Of a stretch of DNA of 42,614 nt, positions 1-10,200 are shown one piece after another. The number at the start of each line of letters is the position of its first letter. Position 1 is the stretch's first letter. A program made the translations under genes and the position numbers. The notes under the pieces are model-generated. The model did not search any database, had not been told where the DNA came from, and was given only the letters and a program-made list of their open reading frames with translations. This DNA comes from a virus (taxonomy: Duplodnaviria > Caudoviricetes). The stretch is taken from IMG/VR virus record IMGVR_UViG_3300035180_001879, positions 1-42,614 of that record; one strand, 5' to 3'.

Positions 1-3000
1 GTCCGAAGGAGAGGCGTTCAAAACTGAAAAAGTAATCGGATACGCTCTATATGCAGCCTTCTTGGAAATATCAATCCATATTTCCTTGCTGTTCATTACT
101 AATAGCGAAGGCAAATTTGTAATATCATCATTGGTGGTATACAATTCCCAAGAAACATTTGTAATTGTTCCAGTACCCGCCAAGCTAACTCCGCTCACAA
201 AATATAACAACGATGTACCGCCCGACGCGACCGCCTGCTCTATAAATAAGCCAGCATAACTATAAGTATTTGCATCAGAACCCGTATATCGAAGATTAAG
301 TCTAGTTCCTCGAATAGACGAGCCCTTTCCCTCAGCTATAATACTAGAAGCGGGGTCGGTATCTCCTCCAGTAGTATTGAGAGTCAAACTGTAACGATGA
401 AAAGTGGGATTAACGTCATTAACAAGAGTCAACTTATTAGTACCGGCAGAAGAAGGCGCACTCGTTCCAGCCATATCTGCTATCACGTTTCCAGCATGAG
501 GATACGCACGAGATATACAACCTACCACGCTGCCAGTTGACAATTCAGAATAAGTAAGAACGTCATAATCATTAGCGGGGACATAATCGAAAGGATAGAG
601 AGTACGGAAATTTGTAGCTTGAACAGTGTGGGTCCAGAAATCCCTAGTCCCACCTGCGGCGTCGTCTACTTTGTCCCATCCACGCACACCACCACCTTCT
701 ATTCTACCGTCTGTGTTAGACGCGGACAATGTGGCTCCTAAATCACAAATACCTGACTTTTTATATTGATTCCACGCGGTAGACGGGACAGGAGGAGTTA
801 CAGCAAATTGATTAAAGGTCCCTGTGCCGTCAATAGTAAGCCTTAAGCCACCAACAAACATAGGACGTATACGCCACGCATCTGAAACCGTAGAGAACGA
901 GGGGTCTGATAGCCAATTTCCACCCGTATGTATCACTACGTTTTTGAATGTAAATGTATAGCTAGTGTCATTATACTCATAACCCTCATAAGAAAACAAG
1001 CAAGCCTTGCCATCAAGTACATCATGGATAAGTACCATAACTCCTACTTCGGGTATTTGTGGTCTGTATCCCAATAATTCATCCTGTATTACATCTGACC
1101 ACAATCTTATGGCACTGTCGCTAGTCAAGGTAATAGTCGCAGCAGTAGAATCGTAAGTAATAGCGGTAAGATTAAGTCCGTCGTGCGTCCCTTGATTTTG
1201 GCAACTTACCCACTGCCGCTCTCCTGCACGAAAACCGCCACCGATACCAGGTCCTGTGTACCACTGAGCACTGTCAGAGAAGGGGTTGGGATCGACATAA
1301 GGGTCAGCGTACTGATTTAATTGAAAATTATCCAAGTGATACATATAAGCAGTATAAAGGGCAGTCGAAGTGAATATCGAGCCCAAGTCTTCTAACAAGT
1401 CATTTATGTAAGAGGATTCCGATAAGGCAAACCACATCTCATTACTCACTGTGTCTTTATACAGTGGAGCAATATGTATAGGATAATCAGGATTGATTTT
1501 AGCTAAAAAGGGAACCGAACAAGTAGCATCGGTAGGCGTTAATTCAGTCCATCCAGCGGCACCCTTTCCTACGGAATCCCAATACGTATTAAGTTGACGA
1601 ACACTAGTGTTATCTGGTACAGCAGAAGTCGAGTTCTGTAAAATAGTTAATGCCGTATCTAGAGCAGCGTTAATACCATTCTGTATGTCGATATACACGT
1701 GCGCATTAGTACCAGTAACATTTGTGACATAGCCTAATCGACGTATAGGACTAGTGCTAGTACCAGAATAGGTAGGCAGTGTAGTAGTGGCATTTCCTGC
1801 TGTTGCTGCTCCATCATCCCAGACCTGCAAACCGATATCTGCTGGAGTATTTGCGTTAAGACCGGCGATATATTGATTGAATCCATTAGTTGAGGGATCC
1901 CATTCTCCTTTTGTAGCAAGCCAGTGATTGCCAGAAGCATCATTCATAATGTATACTCCTAGCAAGGTAGCCCCAGGAGTTTTCGCGGAAACTTGATATG
2001 TGGGAACTGTCCCTGGTATTACTTCTATTAGCTGTCCTTTTGTAGCGGTCAATGGTATGCTACTAGGAATTACCACTGTCCTAAGTGTGAATCCAAAGTG
2101 TCCTAGGACCCAAGTGTTAACGTCGGTGGAGCTTTCTGCTGCTATATCAGATAAGGCTTGGTGTGTTACGTCGGTTGCCCCTAATAATGTACCAAACTGG
2201 TCATAAGTGCCAAAAGCAATGATATAGTCAGAAGTTGTTTCAGCTAGGACTCGTCCTATTTTAATCGAATCTAATGCTAGGACGGCAACTCCTCCACTAG
2301 TATAAGTTTTTCCTGACGTATTTGCATTAACAGTAAAAGTTGTAGAATCTGTTACAGTGATGGTATATGAATTTCCGTTTAATACATCACCTACGGAGCC
2401 AGTAATTCCTGAGAAAGTTACCACAGCATCAGACATTAAATCGTGGTCAACAGATGTAGTAATAGTAGTGGTTGTACCAGGTGTTATACTAGCGATATTG
2501 ATTGTACGTTTATTGCTTACCAAGAATGATGGGGTACAAGCAGATGGAGGTACATTTTTTGGCAGTGGAGCAAAACCAAGACGAGGATTGTTCTCGTCAT
2601 CCGTGGTAGAACACAGATATAAATAGTCGCCTACTTCTGGTTTCAATCTTGACCCCGCTGACCAGGACGCGCCTGCATTCCAAGACGTGGTTGCAAATAT
2701 CTCATGGTGAAAGTCTCTGTTCTTTGGTATACTTATCGCGTCAGACTGAACGAGACTATAAAAATAAGCATCAGCAGTCGTGGAACTAACAGTACCATAA
2801 GCAAGTATACTACCATTCATATCTACAGGGAAAAGCAACACAGGAAGATACGTAACATCAAGTAATTGATTAGGGGCAATTGTGGCGGCGTCTACCAACA
2901 ACTCTCCAGTATTGGCTTGAATAGCACCAATTTTGTAAGACCCCCTGAAAGTAGTATCATAAGTGTCCGTTCCCAATATCCAGTTAGCAACATTTGCATC

Positions 3001-3180
3001 TGTCGTGTGTGCCATCCAAACGGTGCCAACCGCTTTTTGCAAATCAGCTACAACTTTATAGCTATCTTCAATTGATGGAAATGGTTGATTATCTCCCGCC
3101 GTGTTATACAACGTGGTAGGTAGATAGGTTCCTATCGGTGCTTTGTCGGTTATCTTGATGCCTTGATAATTACCAGCCAT
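1..3180 (-). CDS. Large virion/tail-fibre-like protein, >=1060 aa, runs off the left edge (not in ORF track)
   Basis: Manually translated from ATG at 3180 (AGGAG upstream): MAGNYQGIKITDKAPIG...VLNASPSD with no stop down to base 1. Thr/Ser/Gly-rich, with an E1-FCCH-like module (IASITPGTTTTITTSVDHDL...VTFSGITG...LNGNSYTITVTDSTTFTV). Function inferred from context. Confidence 0.85.
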   Translation of the reverse strand, partial: MAGNYQGIKITDKAPIGTYLPTTLYNTAGDNQPFPSIEDSYKVVADLQKAVGTVWMAHTTDANVANWILGTDTYDTTFRGSYKIGAIQANTGELLVDAATIAPNQLLDVTYLPVLLFPVDMNGSILAYGTVSSTTADAYFYSLVQSDAISIPKNRDFHHEIFATTSWNAGASWSAGSRLKPEVGDYLYLCSTTDDENNPRLGFAPLPKNVPPSACTPSFLVSNKRTINIASITPGTTTTITTSVDHDLMSDAVVTFSGITGSVGDVLNGNSYTITVTDSTTFTVNANTSGKTYTSGGVAVLALDSIKIGRVLAETTSDYIIAFGTYDQFGTLLGATDVTHQALSDIAAESSTDVNTWVLGHFGFTLRTVVIPSSIPLTATKGQLIEVIPGTVPTYQVSAKTPGATLLGVYIMNDASGNHWLATKGEWDPSTNGFNQYIAGLNANTPADIGLQVWDDGAATAGNATTTLPTYSGTSTSPIRRLGYVTNVTGTNAHVYIDIQNGINAALDTALTILQNSTSAVPDNTSVRQLNTYWDSVGKGAAGWTELTPTDATCSVPFLAKINPDYPIHIAPLYKDTVSNEMWFALSESSYINDLLEDLGSIFTSTALYTAYMYHLDNFQLNQYADPYVDPNPFSDSAQWYTGPGIGGGFRAGERQWVSCQNQGTHDGLNLTAITYDSTAATITLTSDSAIRLWSDVIQDELLGYRPQIPEVGVMVLIHDVLDGKACLFSYEGYEYNDTSYTFTFKNVVIHTGGNWLSDPSFSTVSDAWRIRPMFVGGLRLTIDGTGTFNQFAVTPPVPSTAWNQYKKSGICDLGATLSASNTDGRIEGGGVRGWDKVDDAAGGTRDFWTHTVQATNFRTLYPFDYVPANDYDVLTYSELSTGSVVGCISRAYPHAGNVIADMAGTSAPSSAGTNKLTLVNDVNPTFHRYSLTLNTTGGDTDPASSIIAEGKGSSIRGTRLNLRYTGSDANTYSYAGLFIEQAVASGGTSLLYFVSGVSLAGTGTITNVSWELYTTNDDITNLPSLLVMNSKEIWIDISKKAAYRAYPITFSVLNASPSD

Positions 3181-3195
3181 AACAGCGTCTCCTTT

Positions 3196-4071
3196 TTATG
3201 CAGTTTCGGGGGGACTGAGCCAAATTTTCCAAATGATTTTTAAGCCAGCTTCGTTACCATAAGATACTCCTCCCGACACAAAATGGTAAGCAAATAACGT
3301 TTCGTCGATGTCTTTATATGAACTCATGTACAAACCAAAATGATAAAACGTGCCTGGAACTCCTTCGGCGGGGGAGGGAGGGGGGTCTGGAAAAACACCC
3401 ATACAGCTTACGTATTGTCTACCCTGAGCTTTGCTTGGATACAATACAGAAAAGCTAGAACACTCGGAAACCAATGACGGTTGAGTGTGCTCTCCAGGCA
3501 GGTACAAGCCATTGTTTTCTCCAAGACTCGGTAAATCAGCCGTGATCCAACCTGTGTACTCTGGAGAATAGGACACTGGAAATGTAAAAGTAAAAGCGTT
3601 TGTATTGAGTACGGACTTAACTGAAAATGGCGTAAAATAGTTGTTAAAATAAACGGAGTTATTGTATTGTTGAGTGCCTCCAATATAAAAAGCATCTCCT
3701 ACATTTAGGTTGTGTGGTTCATTGGTATACACCGTGCAAATGCCATACGCTACTGATATGCTATTTATGGACGTTACGGGGGGACTTTGCCTTATCGCGC
3801 TGTTATTTCCATTTGAATCAGGATTCATTACAGTAGAAGCTTTGATTGTAGTGAAGGTGGTTATCCGACTATATGCTCTTCCATCGCAAAGAAGTTTAGC
3901 TAGGGTGTGAACTCCTCTCCACTGTGTCTGATTAGAATGCTCATATATTGGTACTAATGTATCAGGAGAATCCTTTTGAAACACGTACAAAGACACGTCA
4001 CCATTCAATGGAATAACATCAGTAAATGTGCCTTTGCTGCGTAGTTGATTCATGTGTTTACGAAACTCCAA
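3196..4071 (-). CDS. Putative baseplate/tail-collar-associated protein with FCCH-like insertion (291 aa)
   Basis: N-terminal HSNQTQWRGVHTLAKLL resembles the neighbouring 170-aa gene; internal TVYTNEPHNLNVGDAFYIGG...FTFTF module; C-terminal LKIIWKIW. Start codon uncertain. Confidence 0.6.
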   Translation of the reverse strand: MEFRKHMNQLRSKGTFTDVIPLNGDVSLYVFQKDSPDTLVPIYEHSNQTQWRGVHTLAKLLCDGRAYSRITTFTTIKASTVMNPDSNGNNSAIRQSPPVTSINSISVAYGICTVYTNEPHNLNVGDAFYIGGTQQYNNSVYFNNYFTPFSVKSVLNTNAFTFTFPVSYSPEYTGWITADLPSLGENNGLYLPGEHTQPSLVSECSSFSVLYPSKAQGRQYVSCMGVFPDPPPSPAEGVPGTFYHFGLYMSSYKDIDETLFAYHFVSGGVSYGNEAGLKIIWKIWLSPPETA

Positions 4072-4570
4072 AATGTAATGTCCAAACGATTTCTAGATAA
4101 GTACCTATTCCCCAGCTAATCCCTGTAGAAGTATACCAATAAGCCAATGCCATTCGATTAGATAATGTCGAAGTATCATTTAACAATAACGCAAATTCAT
4201 AATAGGTACTCGAAGACCCCGTAAACATTCCTGTGCAAACCACACTCTGTACACCAACAGGAGAAATGGATGGAGTAGCTTGAAATCCCCCTTCGTTCTG
4301 ACTCGAAGCATATCTAGAATAGGCAAAAGGAGGATTGGCAGCAGACTTGAGTGCTGGTCCTGCTAGAGGAGGCGTAGAAGCTGGACCTAATGCAATATCA
4401 ACTACTTTGTACATTGTTGTGGTATTGCCTGCGAGTGCTTTCGCCAAAAGATTAGCGCCAGCATATTGAATCTGGTTGTGTTCAGTCACCAACTGTCGTC
4501 TAGTACCATCAGGCCATACTTGATAAGCACGGAACTCTCCAGAAAGCAGGTCAGGTTCTATAAATTGCAT
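4058..4570 (-). CDS. Putative tail-collar/baseplate accessory protein (170 aa)
   Basis: AGGAG upstream; EHNQIQYAGANLLAKALAG...YEFALL...LEIVWTLHF pattern typical of small myophage collar/baseplate proteins. Confidence 0.55.
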   Translation of the reverse strand: MQFIEPDLLSGEFRAYQVWPDGTRRQLVTEHNQIQYAGANLLAKALAGNTTTMYKVVDIALGPASTPPLAGPALKSAANPPFAYSRYASSQNEGGFQATPSISPVGVQSVVCTGMFTGSSSTYYEFALLLNDTSTLSNRMALAYWYTSTGISWGIGTYLEIVWTLHFGVS

Positions 4571-4591
4571 GAAAATTTCTCCTGTACAAAA

Positions 4592-6904
4592 CTATGGTAG
4601 CTGCGTTGGAGGAAGTATGAGTTGCGCGATGTCTATATTTCTTGTCTCTCGATTACGTTTCATTTTAATCGAAGCGTTCTGATAAAGGTCTGAATCAGGA
4701 TAAGGAGCACGAATACTAGGATAATTAGTACGATATGAAAGGTTCTGTCTGCGGTCCCCACGATGACCTAGCCAGTAAGCAGTAGAACCTGCTAAATGAC
4801 TTGAAGGAGCATATTCATCAGAATATCTTGGCAACGCATTTCTCTCTATAGCTATATTCTCTGAATTACCGACCTTTCCTATTAAACGAATGACCTCTCC
4901 ATTGTCAAAGGCAAAATAACCCATTTCTGGATATCCTGATATCAAAGCTAAGAAAGTGTTGATAGAAATAGGGGCATTGAGTTGCAAACTAGCGCTGTCT
5001 ATCCAAGTAGCGTCTATTGATATTTCTGATAACAATCGAAGTTTGAGGTCTCCAGTATATAGCGTGTAAGTTGCTATATCATTGTCTGAAAAAGTGTGAT
5101 TTGATATTATGGCGAGCGTGTCAGGAGTAGATACACCAGGCTGAGTAAAAGTAGCACTGACATTATCGGCAACTATTCCATAATAAGTTTGTCCTGAAAC
5201 GGTTAAACTTATACATGAATTCGTCAAAGACCCTGAACGATAAAAAGGCATAGGCATCGAAATTCGAGACCACGTATTTGTAGTTGCTGAATATTTCAAT
5301 TGCCCACCAGCTAAGGCAGTAGCGTCTCCTATTATGTAATACCAGACGGGGGAGGATGTAGTCGGCGCTGAAGAATCAATAACAATGTTGTTTCCATCTG
5401 TTACTGACAAAACTCGAAAAGCTACCAAAATCAATAACTCTGCTCCTGGCCAAGCTGACGCATTTTCTGTCCACCAGCTAGAAGGATTGGTAATAGAAAA
5501 CTTGGTGCTGTCATTAGCAACTCCTGTGCCTAGCCCCTGTCCCATCACTATCCCGTTACCGTCTTTAATCCAGAATTTGTATGGCGTAGCTGACACGGGT
5601 GGTGAAGGTTGAGAAACGTATGGCGAATTGAGCGGAGTCAAATCAGTAAATTGGTTATTAATAAAGTTTCCTATTGTATACCTATAAGGCAACAAAACAT
5701 AATCTCCTATAAGGTTTGCTAAGTCAGAAGGAAGCACTACAACAGTGTGTAGAGCGAGGGAATGTAAACCACCCACGGCGATGGCCGTAACGCCAGTGAG
5801 TCCCGAAACCTGGACGGGGAGATTACTATCGGTGTTGGTCCCGTTGCCAAGCTGGCCATTATCATTATTCCCCCAAGCCCAGGCTGTCCCGTCATTCTTC
5901 AAGGCGAGGGAATGATAATTGCCCCCCGCGATAGCCGTAACGCCAGTGAGTCCCGAAACCTGGACGGGGAGATTGCTATTGGAGAAGGTCCCGTTGCCAA
6001 GTTGGCCATTACCATTATTCCCCCAAGCCCAGACCGTCCCGTCATTCTTCAAGGCGAGGGAATGATATAAGCCCCCCGCGATGGACGTAACGCCAGTGAG
6101 CCCAGAAACCTGGACGGGGAGATTGCTATTGGTGTTGGTCCCGTTGCCAAGTTGGCCATTACCATTATTCCCCCAAGCCCAGACCGTCCCGTCGTTTTTC
6201 ACGGCAATGGAATGTACCACGCCCCCCGCGATGGCCGTGATACCTGTAAGCCCTGAAACTTGGACTGGGACATTGCTATTGGTGTTTGTCCCATTGCCGA
6301 GTTCGCCGTATTCATTATCCCCCCATGCCCAGACTGTCCCATCATTTTTCAAGGCGAGGGAATGCCCCCCGTCCCCCGCCGCGATGGCCGTAATTCCAGT
6401 TAAACTGGAAACCTGAACGGGAACATTGCTACTGTTCCAGGTCCCATTGCCGAGTTCGCCGCCATAGTTATACCCCCATGCCCAGACTGTCCCGTCATTT
6501 TTCAAGGCGAGGGAATGTCCCCCGCCCCCCGCGATGGCTGTAACGCTAGTAAGCCCCGAAACCTGAACGGGAACATTGCTACTGTTCCAGGTCCCATTGC
6601 CGAGTTCGCCGTCATAGTTATACCCCCATGCCCAGACTGTCCCATCATTTTTCAAGGCGAGGGAATGTGAACCGCCCCCCGCGATGGCCGTAACGCCAGT
6701 GAGCCCTGAAACCTGAACGGGGACATTGCTATTGGTGTTTGTCCCATTGCCGAGTTCGCCGTCATCGTTATACCCCCACGCTAGTGCCGAACTACCACCC
6801 ACAAGACCGGCAGAAAATGGCGAAACAGGATACACAGAAGACAGTGTTTTAGTGTCACTGCCTGTTATATTTGCGAGAAATTTTGAAATTATCTCTTGCC
6901 TCAT
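4592..6904 (-). CDS. Virion protein with a 7-bladed RCC1/BLIP-II-like beta-propeller; putative receptor-binding protein (770 aa)
   Basis: Seven ~50-aa repeats of WAWG.N..G[EQ]LGNGT...SN.PVQVSGLTG.TAIA.G..HSLALKNDGT, followed by an AT-rich phage structural-type C-terminus. Confidence 0.9.
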   Translation of the reverse strand: MRQEIISKFLANITGSDTKTLSSVYPVSPFSAGLVGGSSALAWGYNDDGELGNGTNTNSNVPVQVSGLTGVTAIAGGGSHSLALKNDGTVWAWGYNYDGELGNGTWNSSNVPVQVSGLTSVTAIAGGGGHSLALKNDGTVWAWGYNYGGELGNGTWNSSNVPVQVSSLTGITAIAAGDGGHSLALKNDGTVWAWGDNEYGELGNGTNTNSNVPVQVSGLTGITAIAGGVVHSIAVKNDGTVWAWGNNGNGQLGNGTNTNSNLPVQVSGLTGVTSIAGGLYHSLALKNDGTVWAWGNNGNGQLGNGTFSNSNLPVQVSGLTGVTAIAGGNYHSLALKNDGTAWAWGNNDNGQLGNGTNTDSNLPVQVSGLTGVTAIAVGGLHSLALHTVVVLPSDLANLIGDYVLLPYRYTIGNFINNQFTDLTPLNSPYVSQPSPPVSATPYKFWIKDGNGIVMGQGLGTGVANDSTKFSITNPSSWWTENASAWPGAELLILVAFRVLSVTDGNNIVIDSSAPTTSSPVWYYIIGDATALAGGQLKYSATTNTWSRISMPMPFYRSGSLTNSCISLTVSGQTYYGIVADNVSATFTQPGVSTPDTLAIISNHTFSDNDIATYTLYTGDLKLRLLSEISIDATWIDSASLQLNAPISINTFLALISGYPEMGYFAFDNGEVIRLIGKVGNSENIAIERNALPRYSDEYAPSSHLAGSTAYWLGHRGDRRQNLSYRTNYPSIRAPYPDSDLYQNASIKMKRNRETRNIDIAQLILPPTQLP
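5750..6787 (-). repeat. Coding tandem repeat, 7 x ~150 bp (RCC1 blades)
   Basis: Near-identical DNA units; 6408..6518 vs 6558..6668 differ at 2 of 111 nt. Confidence 0.95.
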
Positions 6905-6925
6905 GCGACTAATCCCTTAAGTTAA

Positions 6926-7264
6926 TTAATCTAAACCACCCCCACCTCCACCTCCGCCAAAGACATCTTCTAAGTAACCTAAAAATCCACTAGGAAGTTC
7001 TAAAGCAATTGCCCCGCCTGAACCCAAAGCTACTGGCATCTTAAGTGTCCCGCCCACACCATGATAAGGCTCATCAGCAGAGAAGACAAATGATAAAGAG
7101 TCTTCACAGAGGTTGTCAACATTGACTCTGTTTTCAGGAAACATATTTGAAGCTGACTCCAAAGAAGGTAGTTTACCTGTTTCATCGTCTACAGGAATAA
7201 ATACCATCTTAGGATAAGCTCCAAACTCAGACGTTAATATAAGATTGACTATCATGTCCGACAT
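6926..7264 (-). CDS. Hypothetical protein with C-terminal Gly8 run (112 aa)
   Basis: Tightly packed ORF between two fibre-like genes, AGGA upstream; no family recognised. Confidence 0.7.
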   Translation of the reverse strand: MSDMIVNLILTSEFGAYPKMVFIPVDDETGKLPSLESASNMFPENRVNVDNLCEDSLSFVFSADEPYHGVGGTLKMPVALGSGGAIALELPSGFLGYLEDVFGGGGGGGGLD

Positions 7265-7273
7265 TGAATAATC

Positions 7274-10200
7274 CTACGTATGATATGTTAGCCAGTAAGA
7301 CATCTTTCCAGAAATTGAATTACCATTATAAATGCTAGGAAAAGTAAATGTAACATTGTCTATTTTAGTAGCAACTTGAAGTCCATCTAAATCACTATTT
7401 CCCGTATCTGAAATTATGACATTCGTATTGCCATCGGGTAGTAAATGCGGGGCAGCAGTAGTAGCCGTAGCGGTGGTTCCGTTTCCTGTAATAGACACGG
7501 CTACATACGGATTCCCATCACTCATAAAATGATATTTATACTGTCCAGGCCCACCATAAGCAACGGGTATGAGTGGTCCAGGTACAGGCGTGCCGTCCGA
7601 AACTAGCGTTGGGTTGCCATAGGCCGAGGCAGTCTCAGCCATAAGCTCAATGCCAGTGTTCGCTTGAGCCCACGTTTGGCCGCCGTCTAATGACCGCCAG
7701 ACGCCGCCGTAGGTATAGGGACTTCCGACGCGAGAAGCCCAGACATAGGAAGGGTTATTCGGGTCAATCCAGCCGTGCCCGAAATCAACCCCAGTTTCTA
7801 TTTCGGCGGGCGTCCAGACTGGAGTGCCAGCGGCAATGTAAGAAGCTGGAGCAGTCAGGATGCCGCCCTGCGCGAGTCCGAGCGTCTGGGTGTCGTTACC
7901 TTGGGTGGTTAGGTCTATGGCAGGGCCATCTTTGGTTAGCGACAGCTTTATATGGTTCGCGTCCACGTAGATTACAAAATAGTCCTGGCCGTCAACTAAA
8001 GGTTGCAAGGCGTCGCCGCTTTTCTTGCGGTAACGCACTATTTGGTTCGTTACCCATCCGTGGTTGCTCAAGGCAATCGTATTTGCAGAAACGTCAACAT
8101 AACTTTTGTACACGATACTCGCGGCGAGCGAGCTTGTTCCTAACGCTATAATGCGGTCGGGATGGAATAATATCCAGGGCACCGACGCCGAAGTAAAGGC
8201 CGAGGGCAAATAGTTGACTGGCGTTCCGCCTGGCTTTGTGTGAGTTGCGGGGTCCACCCAGGTTTCGCCCTCGAAGCAGCCGTTCCAGACTCCATTGACC
8301 ATTTGGCCTCGCCACAATGTACCAGTGTACGCACCCCAAGGTGGAAGCGATGGGTCCGAGGGGAAATAGAGCACCCGAAGATTAGCATCGCCGTATCGCA
8401 GTAGTGCCCAGCTTTGCCCGTCGTCATGGCTGACCGCTATTCCGTCTCCGAGAGTATAAAGAGTGCCAGGATAAGGCCAGTACAGGTACTTCACGTTGCA
8501 CGGCACGGTGATGTAAGTCTGAGGAGTCGCTTTCGGAGGATACCATGTATTGCCACCGTCGCTGGAAACGTGAATATGGTTGTAATAATCGAGCATACAA
8601 AGCACGCTCGGAGAGCCAGGCTTCGCGCAGACTCCCATGCAATACTGCGCTTCTGGCGGCTGGATAGAGACGAAACTTTCACCGCCATCAGAAGAACGCA
8701 TCAGGTTGACGCCGCCGCTAGCGTAAAGGTAACCATTAGCCGCCATTAGTTCCGCGCCAGCACCCGCATTCAGGTCCGCCCCAGCGCAGGTTGCCCTTGT
8801 CCAGACCTTGCCCTCTCCGTCGCTGCGCCATAAGCTCTGCTGCGGCGTACCGTTGTTGGAGTAGAAAAGCGCATAAACATGCCCAGCGCGACCTCCTGTA
8901 GGTGGCACTGCTGCTTGTAGTATTAGCCAAAACTGCGTTCCTGCAGGAAGCCAAACTGAAGGAGAAAAAGTATATGTATACGCAGTAGGAACTCCCGCAT
9001 TAGAAACAGTTACTGTATCGCTTGTGCCCAATACATCTTCGCCCTCTGGAGATGCTATCAACAATCGAGTAGGTATAGAAGTCACAGGAGAATCTAGCAT
9101 CACTGTTGCGGACATTACTGTTTGAGGCTCGGTTGTGGTATAGTCTAACAAAACTACTGCATCGGAAAGCGCCGACGACGCACCCGAAGTGTTTGAGCTA
9201 GTTCCTATATAAGAAGCGTCATACCAATTAAACGGTCCTACGGTTGCCCCAGTTGATAAATTAAGATTCGTAGTAACATTGGAAAAAGACAATCCTGCTT
9301 GATTATTTGAAGTACAACTAGTAATAGTAGCGGACGTAATCCTAATATCTTTAGGGTCTACAACATACGGACTATTAAAGAAAGTAGGAATACTGCCACA
9401 ACCTTCTACCCATTTTGTAAAAGTCATACTACTTGATTCCGGAGATGTACAACCCATATCCATCCCTGCATAAGAGACTACACAAGTCAGATTTATCTGT
9501 TTCTGATTCTCTCCCGACCACTTGCCTGTTTGAGAAGTGGTATACTCGCCTACTATGGGCATGTGTAAATAATCTGATGCTACAGTCGAAACAACATATC
9601 GGCCATCGTAACTAGTTGTGCCTTCAATTGTCACCACATCATTAGGGACTAGCTCAATTGGGGTGTCTGAGGTTATGATAACTGTACCATTGCCTCCATC
9701 TGATACGCCTGTTATGTTTCCTGTGAATTCACCACCATAACGCAGAAAATCTCGCCAAGTCAAATCATAGTAATTATCTAAGGAACTTTTAACCAAAATA
9801 GTATCTTGTGTAGCTCCCGCAACCACATATTGTGCATACCACTTATACAACGGGGGTAAATTAGGGTCTGCCCCCGATACAGTAGCAGTAACATGTTTCT
9901 TGAACAGGGTGCTGTTAGAGGTGTCAAACGTTAACGTTGGCGCAGATAATGGAGCTACAAAGTTTGCAGAAACTATATTGGTAGAATACTGAGTATTACC
10001 GTTACGAGTTACACGCACTCGGAATAGCTTGGCCCCTACACCATAATCAGCTTTGGTAGCTACATACGTTGTCGAGGTGGCTCCAGTAATTGGTGTCCAA
10101 CTAGGCGTACCTGCAGGAGAAGACTCCCATTGCCATGTATCCGTATTAGTAAACTGCAAGTCATATTCGTTGATACCTAAAGTCAACGAATTGCAAGTGT

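Noticed and set aside
100-109. Partial promoter-motif match TTCGCTATTA
   Set aside because: Lies inside the 1..3180 CDS and is incomplete; probably chance.
5750-6787. RCC1 repeats as a CRISPR array or DGR target
   Set aside because: Repeats are in-frame coding units without unique spacers; no cas gene, RT or non-coding template seen.
6935-6958. Gly8 run as a phase-variable homopolymer
   Set aside because: Encoded by mixed GGN codons, so it is not a slippage-prone mononucleotide tract.
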